From the NCBI GenBank assembly GCA_963675525.2, contig CAXXSL010000016.1:224001-288000 (forward strand): a DNA stretch of 64,000 bases, written 5' to 3'. Positions 33,064 to 43,031 of the stretch are shown here, in pieces. This DNA comes from Anaerohalosphaeraceae bacterium. Its GTDB lineage: Bacteria; Planctomycetota; Phycisphaerae; Sedimentisphaerales; Anaerohalosphaeraceae. The first letter of the stretch is position 1. The number at the start of each line of letters is the position of its first letter. Both the position numbers and the translations under genes were made by a program. The notes below the pieces were generated by a model that saw nothing but the letters and a program-made list of their open reading frames with translations, did no database searches and was not told the DNA's origin.

Positions 33064-34524
33064 TTAGTCTTTTTCTTTTTGCAGTTTCGGCTCCGGAGCC
33101 CGGGGAGAAACAAAGACGGTATTGGCCAGATGCATCTCTTCTTCTTCACTGAGCCCCAGTTCGGTAATCAGATGCGGGGTAATAAAGATGACCAATTCGC
33201 TGTTGACGGTGCTTTCGCCTTCGAACCGGAACAGGCCACCCAGCAGCGGCAGGTCGCCGAGCAACGGCACCTTGTTGATCTGCGTAGACACATCCTGTTT
33301 CTTGAGGCCGCCAATGACGACGGTCTGTCCGTCTCTGATCAGGGCCGTGGTGGTTTGTTCACGTGTGGCAACGATGGGCTGCGGGCTGACACCATTGGTG
33401 CCCTGGATCTGGACATCGCCGGTCTGCACGCTGAATTTCGGATTCAGGTTCATACGGATCAGTCCGTCCCGCGTCAGGTGGGGTGTTACTCGCAATTCGA
33501 CGCCCACTTCACGGAAGGAGGTGGTGCCGATACTGCCACCGGCGCTGGTTTCGGTCAGTTCCTGATACGGAATTTCCTCGATGATCTTGATCTCGGCCTG
33601 CTGGTTGTCCAGCACCATGATACGCGGATTGGCCAGCAGTTTGGCACGGATATCTTCCTGTGAGGCATGCAGCGCGACATCGACATTGATGTGGCTGTTC
33701 ATGATACCATATCGGATCAGCGAGGTTGTATTGGTCTTGCTCGTTGAGCCGGAGAAGGCACCGGAGGTAAACGGATCGGTGACGGATGGCTGGTAGGCAT
33801 TTCCGATCGTTGAGGTCAACGGTGATCCGTTCTGAAACACATCCGAGCCGCTCAGGAAACCGGTATTGGTGCCCGCCTGCCATTCGACACCCAGATCCAT
33901 GTTGTCGGTGGAGGAGATATCATAGATCTTTGCTTCCACCATGATCTGCGGCGTCTCACGGTCGATTTCCTGAACAAAGGCATCAATGGCCTTCATCTTG
34001 CTCTCTGTGTCGGTCACGATGATGTTGCTGGTGGACGGACTGGCAGAGATGGAACCCTGGTCGGAAATAAACTGTTTCAGCGCTTTTTCAACCTGATCAA
34101 CATCGGCATAGGTAATGCGGTAGACCCGGCTCTCGATCTTTTCGTGAATTTGCACGGTATCCTCTTTGGCCATCACGCGGATCATGTTATCCGTTGCCAG
34201 ATAGGTATAGCCCTGTGACTCAAGGATATTGGTGAGGGCCTCTTCCAACGGAACATCCGTCAGCGTCGCCGTGACCGTACCCTGAACTTTCGGGCTTTTA
34301 ATGATATCGACATCGGCCTGCTTGGACAAGATCATCAGAACGTCATCGATCGGGGTGTCTTTGAAATCAATACTGACTTCCTGCTGCATTCGCTGTTGAA
34401 CCGGCGTCAGCAACTCAGGGCGATCCCATTCGGCAGACGACTGCTCTTCGGCACATACTACCGAAACCGCCGCCATCACCACCAAGACAGTTATCATAGT
34501 CCCTATCGTCCCTGTCTTTTTCAT
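33064..34524 (-). CDS. pilQ: Secretin (PilQ/GspD-like), short form
   Basis: IDFKDTPI N0 domain, QIMVEAKI, ANPRIMVLDNQ, DGQTVVIGGL, KVPLLGDLPLLG, ELVIFITP; start at MKKTG. Confidence 0.9.
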   Translation of the reverse strand: MKKTGTIGTMITVLVVMAAVSVVCAEEQSSAEWDRPELLTPVQQRMQQEVSIDFKDTPIDDVLMILSKQADVDIIKSPKVQGTVTATLTDVPLEEALTNILESQGYTYLATDNMIRVMAKEDTVQIHEKIESRVYRITYADVDQVEKALKQFISDQGSISASPSTSNIIVTDTESKMKAIDAFVQEIDRETPQIMVEAKIYDISSTDNMDLGVEWQAGTNTGFLSGSDVFQNGSPLTSTIGNAYQPSVTDPFTSGAFSGSTSKTNTTSLIRYGIMNSHINVDVALHASQEDIRAKLLANPRIMVLDNQQAEIKIIEEIPYQELTETSAGGSIGTTSFREVGVELRVTPHLTRDGLIRMNLNPKFSVQTGDVQIQGTNGVSPQPIVATREQTTTALIRDGQTVVIGGLKKQDVSTQINKVPLLGDLPLLGGLFRFEGESTVNSELVIFITPHLITELGLSEEEEMHLANTVFVSPRAPEPKLQKEKD

Positions 34525-34566
34525 GTCTTTTCCTTTCCGTTTATTGTTCTTTAATGTATTCAATCT

Positions 34567-35313
34567 TTAACGCTGCACCTGCTGTGTCCAGCGTTTTCCA
34601 TCTTTTTCAAACTCTACCGCATCTTTGGTGATATTGACGATTGTGATGCCATAGAGTTCCTGGCCCTGCTTGAGAATCTGTCCGTCAATAATCGCGGAGG
34701 GATTGTTTTTGCTGAAAACAATGCCGCGTACGGTCAATTGGCTCGGCTCAACGGTATTTTGTCCCTGAACGGGGCGGCTTGGGCCGGGAATCATCGGATT
34801 TCGCATTTCGGCCGGTAACGGCTGGGGGGGCTGCCATCGGACCTGATCCTGCTGATTGGCCTGATTCTGTGTTGCCTGATCGGTTGCGGTGTCGTCAGCG
34901 GCCTTGGCCTTGCTTTGTCCGGTTCCGCCCAATGTGGTAAAGAGTACAACAGCAAACACCAACGACAGAACGCCTACAACAATTGTCATTTTTTTCTGCT
35001 GTGCATTAATCTTGCCCTTTTTAGAACCGTACACCAGTTGTTTGATCTGATCGGTGATCTTCTTGGTTGATTTTTGTTTTGGCGTTTTCACCTGGATCTT
35101 GGGCAGCGGTTTAGGGCGGAGGGTGGATACCGCGGCTGTATTCACGGCCCGGCTCTGTGCCTGGGTTTTCTGCTGCATTGATAATGATTTCAGTGGCTCT
35201 TGTTCAGAAGCCTGCTGCGAAACCGGCGCCGGCATTGACGCCGCAGCGCCCTGAGGTACCGGCACGTCATCAAATATGGACGCAATCTGTTTCTGTAATC
35301 CCGACTTTCTCAT
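34567..35313 (-). CDS. Bitopic PilP/GspB-like protein with long cytoplasmic N-terminus
   Basis: pilP position; P/Q-rich N-terminus, single TM (IVVGVLSLVFAVVLF), MRNPM and VRGIVFS...AIIDG..LKQG beta domain. Confidence 0.7.
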   Translation of the reverse strand: MRKSGLQKQIASIFDDVPVPQGAAASMPAPVSQQASEQEPLKSLSMQQKTQAQSRAVNTAAVSTLRPKPLPKIQVKTPKQKSTKKITDQIKQLVYGSKKGKINAQQKKMTIVVGVLSLVFAVVLFTTLGGTGQSKAKAADDTATDQATQNQANQQDQVRWQPPQPLPAEMRNPMIPGPSRPVQGQNTVEPSQLTVRGIVFSKNNPSAIIDGQILKQGQELYGITIVNITKDAVEFEKDGKRWTQQVQR

Positions 35314-36064
35314 GACAAATCTCTTCCGCTAATTGGTAATATTCTATGGCTCCGAGACATTTCGGATCATACGTTATCACAGACTGACCGGCGCTGGGGG
35401 CTTCGGCCAATCGAACACTTCGATGAATCACCGTCTCGAAAACAAGCGATCCAAAATACTGGCGCATTTGGCGTTCCACATCCTGACTCAGTAAGGTTCT
35501 TCGCTCTGCCAGCGTCAGCAGAATGCCGCGGACCTGAAGGCCCGGATTAAAGCGACCTCGAACGATATCCAGTGTTTCGAGAACCTGCTTAAGGCCCTCG
35601 ATGGCATAATAATGCGTCTGCACCGGAACGATCACTTCGTCGGCGGCGACTAACGCGTTGAGGGTCATCAGACTCAGTGAGGGCGAGCAGTCGATGATGC
35701 AGTAATCAAAAAACGGCTCAACTGTCGCAAAGCGATTTCGGAGCACATATTCCCGATCACTCATCTGGGCAAGCTGTGATTCGGCACCCGACAACAACAC
35801 GTTACAGGGCGCTACGGTCAGGTTGGTGATATTGCTCGGCTGCAAAATATGCGACAGCATGACGTCCGGGTTAACCAGAACATCATACATGGTTTTTTCG
35901 ATGTTTTCGGGGACCAATCCGAATCCCAGCGTGGCATGGCCCTGCGGGTCCAGATCCACAATCAGGGTCCGATACCCTCTGAGCGTCAACGCCGCAGCCA
36001 TGTTCACCGCTGTCGTGGTTTTACCGCATCCACCTTTTTGATTTGTAATCGCAATGGTTTTCAC
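35270..36064 (-). CDS. ParA/Soj family ATPase
   Basis: KGGCGKTTT deviant Walker A, DLDPQG, DCSPSL, VRLAEAPS; GTG start. Confidence 0.93.
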   Translation of the reverse strand: MKTIAITNQKGGCGKTTTAVNMAAALTLRGYRTLIVDLDPQGHATLGFGLVPENIEKTMYDVLVNPDVMLSHILQPSNITNLTVAPCNVLLSGAESQLAQMSDREYVLRNRFATVEPFFDYCIIDCSPSLSLMTLNALVAADEVIVPVQTHYYAIEGLKQVLETLDIVRGRFNPGLQVRGILLTLAERRTLLSQDVERQMRQYFGSLVFETVIHRSVRLAEAPSAGQSVITYDPKCLGAIEYYQLAEEICHEKVGITETDCVHI

Positions 36065-36120
36065 AACTGTTTTCCTGTCTTTTTCCGTACTTACTGTTCC
36101 TGTCGAAATCCCACTTCAGT

Positions 36121-36726
36121 TTATCGGGGGTTTGCACTGGCAACTGAACGGGCTTTATCTTCTGTCGTCAAAAATGAAAGCTGCATTTTTACCTGATTGC
36201 TATTCTGGCTGTTCTCATCCCGGCGAATCACAATATCCTCAATAAATACAACCGGTGTTCCCTGTTCAAGCCGATTGATAAACTGAACAAATCGCAGAAA
36301 AGAGCTGTCAAATTCCACCTCAAGCCAGGCTTCCGTAATTGTCGAGTCCTTCCCAACGGTCGGATAACTCTGAGCTCTTTGGTTTTTGCTCGAGAACTGG
36401 GACAACCCCAATTCGTTGGCAATTTTGCCGATCTCAAAGACCACTGACGTCACGTTATCCTGATGCACGGAAAATCGGCTAATAGACTGCGTGGCTTCTT
36501 CGCACTGTTTTTTTACCTTTTCGCAAATTGCCGGCTCAGTCGCCATTTGTGCTATTTCCAATTGTTCTTTGCTCTCGGTGTACTGCCGCCGGACCTGGGC
36601 AAGCACTTCTTTCTTCGGCACATGCAGCATGTAATAACCGGCCGCTATCACCAAGATGCATCCGGCCCAGGTTCCTGCCAGAGACATGAGGTATTTATTT
36701 TTTCTTATGTCAAATTTTTTCTTCAT
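36121..36726 (-). CDS. pilO: PilO/GspM-like protein
   Basis: N-terminal TM, coiled coil, FVQFINRLE ferredoxin-like domain; position after pilN. Confidence 0.7.
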   Translation of the reverse strand: MKKKFDIRKNKYLMSLAGTWAGCILVIAAGYYMLHVPKKEVLAQVRRQYTESKEQLEIAQMATEPAICEKVKKQCEEATQSISRFSVHQDNVTSVVFEIGKIANELGLSQFSSKNQRAQSYPTVGKDSTITEAWLEVEFDSSFLRFVQFINRLEQGTPVVFIEDIVIRRDENSQNSNQVKMQLSFLTTEDKARSVASANPR

Positions 36727-36728
36727 GT

Positions 36729-37370
36729 TTATCCCTGTTTACGAAGAACACATTCAATTTCATAATAGGTCGCCGAGCGTCCATCCACTTGCCCCTGCTG
36801 CCTTGCAGCCGGCTTAATATCGGCGAATATCCCCGACAGAATCCCGGACTTTTTCATCCGGTCGACGTATTCCCGAATCGCGTTATCACTCTGAACCGGA
36901 TCAAAACCGCAGAGCACTAATTTCAGATTTCGCTGAACAACAAGCCGTTGTGTTATCTCATCGGTCTCGGGGTTTTTTTCTCTTTCCATACCCACTGTTC
37001 GATCTAAATCCATTTCGTAGAGAAAAATATCTTCAGGTAAGGCCTGTGTAAGTTCCACGAGCAAATCACTGGTCTGGATACGATAAGCCAATCCTTTCGT
37101 GATGGCGTCAAGGCATTTACGCATCTCCGCAAATTGTGAATTCATCTGGTAATAGGCCTTGACGGGTTTGACGGAAAGATCTATCGTTTCCTGATTTTTT
37201 CGAATCTCGGTCTTTTGGCGGTTGATCTGAGCACAATCCTGTTGATATGAAGCCGCCCATGCGACCATCGCAATCGCAGGAATCAGGAACGGTACGACTT
37301 TCATCGCCATACTATCCAGACCGCATCGACCGGTTCTTCCTTTTCCTTTAAGTAAATCAATAGCAAACAT
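36729..37370 (-). CDS. pilN: PilN-like protein
   Basis: IDLL N-terminal motif (cf. INLLP), TM, LVELTQALPEDIFL. Confidence 0.7.
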   Translation of the reverse strand: MFAIDLLKGKGRTGRCGLDSMAMKVVPFLIPAIAMVAWAASYQQDCAQINRQKTEIRKNQETIDLSVKPVKAYYQMNSQFAEMRKCLDAITKGLAYRIQTSDLLVELTQALPEDIFLYEMDLDRTVGMEREKNPETDEITQRLVVQRNLKLVLCGFDPVQSDNAIREYVDRMKKSGILSGIFADIKPAARQQGQVDGRSATYYEIECVLRKQG

Positions 37371-37371
37371 C

Positions 37372-38457
37372 TTAAATCGTCCTCATTGCCAGGCCCGCAG
37401 CAAGTGCCAAGCCGGCTCCACAGGTTTCTATCAATTCATTCCCTTCCTTCCCCGCGTCCCATCGGATCTTTTCAAACGGGTTCAATATCTGCGTTTGAAC
37501 CGGCATCGCATCCGACAGAAATTCGACAAAGGTATCCACCAGTGAAAATCCGCCGCAAAGATAGATCTTTTCAACCTCGGAGGTTTTTTCCTGGAACGAA
37601 TAAAATCGGAGTGTTTCATTGATCGCCATGGCTAACGGACGGATGGCATTATTCATTGCCAGCAGAATTTTGTTTTGCATCGGGCCGGAATTTTCCTGTC
37701 CGCGAAGTGCCCGGCAAACTTCCTCTTCGGATATCTGGAGTTCCCGGCTGATCCGCTGAATCACCTGTTTGCCAGCATTATTCAAATCACGTACAAACGG
37801 CAAACCGTCTTTGCCGTAAATGATGACATTGGTCAGCGTCCATCCGATGTCGATCACGGCCACGGTACCGTCCGTATCCGCCAGGTTCAATTCATTGAAG
37901 CAATTCAACAGTGCCAACGCATCCGAATCCACCAACAGGGGTTTTGCGCCGGCCTCTGTTAGAATGTGTGTTTTTTCTTTGACCAGATCCTGGGTACAGG
38001 CCACCATCAGGCCGCTACGAGGCAAAACTTTGGCGGCCTTCTGCTCTTCGGTGACTTCTCGATTCTCGACAAGCTGATAATCCAGTGCCATATTTTTGCT
38101 CTCAAAGGGGCAAACCTGCTGAGCTTCCATTCGGACGGCCTGTTCCACGGCCACCTCGGGCAGCGGCGGAAAATTAAATCCTCTTACAACCACTTCGGGC
38201 CCGGCAATCCCGCAAACCACATTGTGACTCTTGAGATTGGCTTTTTTCAAACACTTTTTCACGGCGGCAATGACCTGGGGCTGATCGTTCTTTTGCTCTT
38301 CTGGTTTCGATTCGATCTGTTCCTGAACCGCAGCAGAAACGGTATAGCCATCCGGGGCTTTCAGCAATTGAACCAGTTTGACAGACGTCGATCCGATATC
38401 CAGCCCAACGAGATCAATGTGTGTTTTCAGTTTGTTCAATAATTTTGTCAGCATCAT
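37372..38457 (-). CDS. pilM: Type IV pilus assembly protein PilM
   Basis: GLDIGSTSVKLV, IDIG, IYLCGG, NPF, LAAGLAMR; start uncertain (38457 or 38478). Confidence 0.9.
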   Translation of the reverse strand: MMLTKLLNKLKTHIDLVGLDIGSTSVKLVQLLKAPDGYTVSAAVQEQIESKPEEQKNDQPQVIAAVKKCLKKANLKSHNVVCGIAGPEVVVRGFNFPPLPEVAVEQAVRMEAQQVCPFESKNMALDYQLVENREVTEEQKAAKVLPRSGLMVACTQDLVKEKTHILTEAGAKPLLVDSDALALLNCFNELNLADTDGTVAVIDIGWTLTNVIIYGKDGLPFVRDLNNAGKQVIQRISRELQISEEEVCRALRGQENSGPMQNKILLAMNNAIRPLAMAINETLRFYSFQEKTSEVEKIYLCGGFSLVDTFVEFLSDAMPVQTQILNPFEKIRWDAGKEGNELIETCGAGLALAAGLAMRTI

Positions 38458-38533
38458 TTTATCCCAATTATTATCCATTCCATCAAATCGTCTTTATCGG
38501 ACCTTCTCCTGTTGCATCCTGTTTCCAAAAAAA

Positions 38534-38560
38534 TCATCGACCTTCTCGCAATCGGACTTA
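38534..38560 (-). promoter_or_regulatory. Sigma28-like promoter upstream of pilM
   Basis: TAAG-N15-GTCGATGA. Confidence 0.45.
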
Positions 38561-38620
38561 ACCATCCATTCTGTAAAACAGTCATTACCAAGGCCTGTTT
38601 CAAGTAAACTCTATCTTGAA

Positions 38621-40519
38621 CTAATCATTCGGCTTTTTATCTACCCTGAAATCGCTCCATCCGCCGGGGGTTGTGACGAATTTGCCTTTCAGGCGAACGG
38701 TTCCGGGAATCAGTCCCGACAACATGCGCTTGTCAAAATAATAATTTTTTTCATAGCCGTTTCTTCCGATAATTCCGACAACGCCTCGAATGACCTCCGT
38801 TAAGGTTCCGCGTACAATCAGATCATCTGTAGAACCGGACGTCTCTCTGCCGCCGGGGTATCCGACATTTTCGGCTCCCCATCCACCCCCGCCAATGGTC
38901 ATTGCCGCTTCAAGAACCATCGGGTCGGGCAAGTGACGATGATAATCGCCGTCGGAATACCCGGAATCCTTAATCGCGACAGGCCCATATTCCAAACCTG
39001 TCACGGCAGGCAGCCCTTTTCCCCCTTCGACCCAAACATTTTTGCCCGGAGCCCAAACCGTTTCCTCCGGAACCCATTTCTTCCTTCTTCCTCTTCCGGT
39101 CCAATGGCCCGGTATGGTTTCCCAATGTCCAGGTTCGGTCTCCCAGTGACCGGGCAGGTTTACGACATAATCTTCGACCAGTCCCGGATCAACGACCTTG
39201 ATAACTCCCTGGGTAAATAATCCCAATGCATTAGGATTGTCCATCGCAGGCATTCCATCCGCTTGGCGCGGGTAATTGTCGCCGTTATCATCTTTATCCG
39301 AAACTGTTATTGAGTCGGCGATCCAGATATTCCCCGTAGCAATCACGCAGACCTTGCCCTGAACGACATTCAGCATTGCAATATCCGGATCCGAGAGATT
39401 CTCACTGGCACAGGCAATGACAACACTGCCGTCCACATAGATCATCCCGCACGGCGGCGATTCGATCGCACCGTAATCGGCGAAAATCTGAATGCTCTCA
39501 ATTGTTTCTGTGACCTGTTTTCCGCAGGTTTCGGCATTTTGGGGAATATAATGATAGGCGTAAATCGGATATTTTTCGAATCGTGTCGCACTGGTTCCCG
39601 GCTGAACTTTATAATCGTACGTCCCTGACCCTCCTGTACGGCCCCTCACGGTACAGTCATTGGTTATCCGAACATATCCGACACCGTCGGTGCCCACAAA
39701 AAACTCCAATTGCACGGCCGCCTGGGCCTCGGAGACACTATTATTTTTTTGCGGTTTCAGGACCAGATCCGGACGGTTGTCTCTGACCGTTTCTTGATAC
39801 CATTTTATCTTTTTGTCGATGGACGCTTCGTCTGTAATGAGGCTTTTGGGTTGATCGAACAATATGCCTTCATCGAAAACATTTATGATGTCGCGGTATT
39901 TATCCGATTTGCCCGATGAGTATCGCGACTCCTCCATGGTCACCTCCTGCAAAAAGGTTGGATTGCCGGAAATCGCAATATCCCGCTGTGAATCGTCGAC
40001 GGCCCCATAGGAATTAATATGAATGGGCATGTCAATAATTTCACCGCTCACGAAATAGACCTCATCTGTGGAGATGGTTCCTGTTGGGATGCGGCACATT
40101 CCCATTTCCCAGCCGGATACGCTTTGGGCCACATACACCCGGATACCGCGATGAAAGGTCCCGCAATAGCCGTTGGCCGTCACTTCAAAGATCGGACGGT
40201 ATCCCACAAACCCGTAAAATTCAACATGATAATCGGCCCTCGAATCCGGAAAATTAAAACTGCCGTCCGTCCCGGACATATCCATATCCAGCAGCAGGTC
40301 GGGGTTCTGGCTCATCCAATAGATCGCATTTTCATAGGCCGCCTCAGCCGTTAACATCGCAATCTGTTCATTCTGGAAAAGTAACGACTGAAGCGATGCT
40401 CCTTCCGATATTTTAATCAGCGCAAAACCGAGCAATGACAGTATCACCACCAATATTAAAACCAGCGCCAGGACAGAGCCTTTGGCATGACGGTGTTGTT
40501 TTTTTCGTTGTTTGAGCAT
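38621..40519 (-). CDS. Large PilX/GspK-like minor pilin, paralog 2 (with PGHW insert)
   Basis: KG|SVLALVLIL prepilin without Glu5, AEAA motif, large C-terminal domain; start at MLKQRK. Confidence 0.8.
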   Translation of the reverse strand: MLKQRKKQHRHAKGSVLALVLILVVILSLLGFALIKISEGASLQSLLFQNEQIAMLTAEAAYENAIYWMSQNPDLLLDMDMSGTDGSFNFPDSRADYHVEFYGFVGYRPIFEVTANGYCGTFHRGIRVYVAQSVSGWEMGMCRIPTGTISTDEVYFVSGEIIDMPIHINSYGAVDDSQRDIAISGNPTFLQEVTMEESRYSSGKSDKYRDIINVFDEGILFDQPKSLITDEASIDKKIKWYQETVRDNRPDLVLKPQKNNSVSEAQAAVQLEFFVGTDGVGYVRITNDCTVRGRTGGSGTYDYKVQPGTSATRFEKYPIYAYHYIPQNAETCGKQVTETIESIQIFADYGAIESPPCGMIYVDGSVVIACASENLSDPDIAMLNVVQGKVCVIATGNIWIADSITVSDKDDNGDNYPRQADGMPAMDNPNALGLFTQGVIKVVDPGLVEDYVVNLPGHWETEPGHWETIPGHWTGRGRRKKWVPEETVWAPGKNVWVEGGKGLPAVTGLEYGPVAIKDSGYSDGDYHRHLPDPMVLEAAMTIGGGGWGAENVGYPGGRETSGSTDDLIVRGTLTEVIRGVVGIIGRNGYEKNYYFDKRMLSGLIPGTVRLKGKFVTTPGGWSDFRVDKKPND

Positions 40520-40578
40520 TTTCACTTTTTCTCCTGCGATTATTTCAAACCCATACAATGCGGTCAATCGTCATTGAT

Positions 40579-42345
40579 CTAATTTTGCGGTTTCTCATCT
40601 ACCCTGAAATCACTCCAGCCCCCGGGCACCGTTGCGAACTTTCCCTTCATGCGAACATTGCCGGGAATTAGTCCCGATAACATCCGCTGGTCAAAGTAAT
40701 AATTTTTCAGGAAACCGTCACTGCCGGTTAAGCCGACAACGCCGCGAACCACTTCGGTCAAGGTTCCTCGCACCACTAAGTCGTCCTGGGTACCGCTGGT
40801 TTCCTTTCTGCCGCCGGAGGAGTTTCGTCGGACGTGTTCGGCCCCCCATCCGCCGCCGCCAACTGTTATCGCCGCCTCCAAAACCATCGTTTCCGGTAAA
40901 TGGCGATGATAGGTTCCATCGGCATATCCGGTATCTTTGATCGCGACAGGCTCATAAACCATTCCGCTAACACCTGGAGGATCCCCCAGAGACTCGACCA
41001 TTCCCGGATCAACGACCTTGACAACCCCTCCAGCAAAAAGACCCAGTGCATTGGGGTTGTCCTGAACGGGCATTTTGTCGGACTGGCGAAGAAAACTATT
41101 TCCCGCATCATCCTTGTCTGAAACCGTCACTGAATCGGCAATCCAGATATTACCCGTTGCCACCACCGCCAGTTTACCCTGAACGATATTGAGGTCGGCT
41201 ATTTGCGGTTCGGACAGGTGTTCGCTGGCGCTGCCGACAACGACATTGCCATCCACATAGATCATGCCGCACGGCGGCGATTCAATACTGCCGTATTGCG
41301 ATACGATCTGGATGCTTTCCAGTGTTCGTGTTACCTGCTTACCTGTACTTACCGCATTCTGGGGGATATAATGATAACCATAGATCGGATATTTTTCGAA
41401 TTGCGTCGCATCGGTTCCGGGCTTGACTTTATAATCCCATGTATCCGACCCTGCCGTATACCCTCTGACCGTACAGTCATCGGTCATCCGGACATACCCT
41501 TTGCCGTCCGTACCCACAAAAAACTCTAATTGCACCGCAGGCAATCCCTCGGTAACACTATTGTTCTTTTGCGGCGAGAAGATTAAGTCGGGCCGTTGAG
41601 CATTGATCGTTTCTTTATACCATTGTATCTTTTTACTGATCGAAGCCTCATCTGAAATCAGGCTTTTAGGCTGATCAAACGAAATGCCGTCCGTAAAAAC
41701 ATCCATCACCGTTTGATATTTATCCATCCCGCCCGATGAATGCTGTGATTCTTCCATCGAAACTGATTTTAGAAATACGGGGCTTCCTGAGATAAAGATA
41801 TCCCGATCTGAATCTTTCGGGTCAGCATAGGAATTGATGTGAATCGGCATATCCACGATTTCCCCATCCACAAAATATACCGGCGTTGTTGCGGCGCTGT
41901 TGCTCGGCACCCGGCACATTCCCATTTCCCACCCTGAAACCGCCTGCGTGACATACACACGAATGCTGCGGTGATAGGACCCGCAATATCCGTCAGCGGT
42001 GACTTCAAATACCGGACGATATCCTATAAAACCGGAGAACTTCACCTCATAGTCAGCTCTTGAACCCGGAAACGTAAGGGTGCCGTTCGTACCGGACACA
42101 TCCATATCCAGCAGAAGGTCGGGGTTTCCGCTCATCCAGAAAATGGCTTTTTCGTATGCGGCCTCTGCGCTGGACATCGCGATACTTTCATTCTGGAAAA
42201 GAACCGCCTGCAGCGCCATCCCTTCGGTGATTTTAATAACCGCCAGCCCAATCAACATCAGGATCAGTATGATAATCAAAACAAGCGCCAAAGCAAATCC
42301 TTTGGGCTGAATTCGTATACGATTGTGCTTTCCGGTAATTTTCAT
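40579..42345 (-). CDS. Large PilX/GspK-like minor pilin, paralog 1
   Basis: KG|FALALVLII, SAEAAYE; highly similar to 38621..40519; start at MKITGK. Confidence 0.8.
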   Translation of the reverse strand: MKITGKHNRIRIQPKGFALALVLIIILILMLIGLAVIKITEGMALQAVLFQNESIAMSSAEAAYEKAIFWMSGNPDLLLDMDVSGTNGTLTFPGSRADYEVKFSGFIGYRPVFEVTADGYCGSYHRSIRVYVTQAVSGWEMGMCRVPSNSAATTPVYFVDGEIVDMPIHINSYADPKDSDRDIFISGSPVFLKSVSMEESQHSSGGMDKYQTVMDVFTDGISFDQPKSLISDEASISKKIQWYKETINAQRPDLIFSPQKNNSVTEGLPAVQLEFFVGTDGKGYVRMTDDCTVRGYTAGSDTWDYKVKPGTDATQFEKYPIYGYHYIPQNAVSTGKQVTRTLESIQIVSQYGSIESPPCGMIYVDGNVVVGSASEHLSEPQIADLNIVQGKLAVVATGNIWIADSVTVSDKDDAGNSFLRQSDKMPVQDNPNALGLFAGGVVKVVDPGMVESLGDPPGVSGMVYEPVAIKDTGYADGTYHRHLPETMVLEAAITVGGGGWGAEHVRRNSSGGRKETSGTQDDLVVRGTLTEVVRGVVGLTGSDGFLKNYYFDQRMLSGLIPGNVRMKGKFATVPGGWSDFRVDEKPQN

Positions 42346-42358
42346 TTTGTTTCGCCAT

Positions 42359-43027
42359 TTATTGAGGCCAGTTAACTCGGACCAAGGTCGCCATTTTAAC
42401 ATCCATCGTTTCTTTCTTGTCGTTGACTAACTTCAGATTCAGGCTGACACATCCGTTACCGACTCCGCCGATCATTTCATGGCTGAAAATATCGATGCTC
42501 TCACTCGTATCAACCTGCTGAACCAGACACTGTGTCACGACATTGCTTGTTTGGCGAATACCACTTTTGACGCCCGCAACTCCATCGACAACGTCCCCGT
42601 AATCCACATAAAGTTTTTTATTATCATCGAGATAGAATAACGCGTAGTTTGTTCCCGTATCGGCGATGTCCATTTCATCCATATTCTGACTTAATTCGTA
42701 AAAAGGCTTATCCCAATAACGAAATTCGACGGCTTGTCCGGTTGCAATGGTTTCTCCCGATTTCGGCACGGCTTCAACAAAATACCCTCCGGCTACTTCG
42801 TAAAGCTTATAATTGGTCCGATTGGATTTGCGGCCAACCGCCCCGAATGCCGCAGTCAATGCCTTTGAATCCTGCCGCATGGGGTCATGAACCGAGGCGT
42901 AAACCTGGCGGTAAGCATTTGTACCACCAAATAAAAGAACGCCCGCGGCCAGTACAAGTATCGCGGCCGTGGCCATCGCCATCACCAATTCGATCAACGA
43001 CAATCCTTTTTGATTTTTGTTTTTCAT
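42359..43027 (-). CDS. PilW/GspJ-like minor pilin
   Basis: KG|LSLIELVM; start at MKNKNQ. Confidence 0.8.
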   Translation of the reverse strand: MKNKNQKGLSLIELVMAMATAAILVLAAGVLLFGGTNAYRQVYASVHDPMRQDSKALTAAFGAVGRKSNRTNYKLYEVAGGYFVEAVPKSGETIATGQAVEFRYWDKPFYELSQNMDEMDIADTGTNYALFYLDDNKKLYVDYGDVVDGVAGVKSGIRQTSNVVTQCLVQQVDTSESIDIFSHEMIGGVGNGCVSLNLKLVNDKKETMDVKMATLVRVNWPQ

Positions 43028-43031
43028 CTGA

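Noticed and set aside
35270..36064. ParA as the chromosome-partition Soj or a plasmid marker
   Set aside because: No parB, parS, rep or oriC-type genes nearby; it is embedded in and overlaps the pilus operon
38621..42345. PilX paralogs as a shufflon or antigenic-variation cassette
   Set aside because: Both are full-length with their own prepilin leaders, in the same orientation, with no adjacent invertase or inverted sites seen
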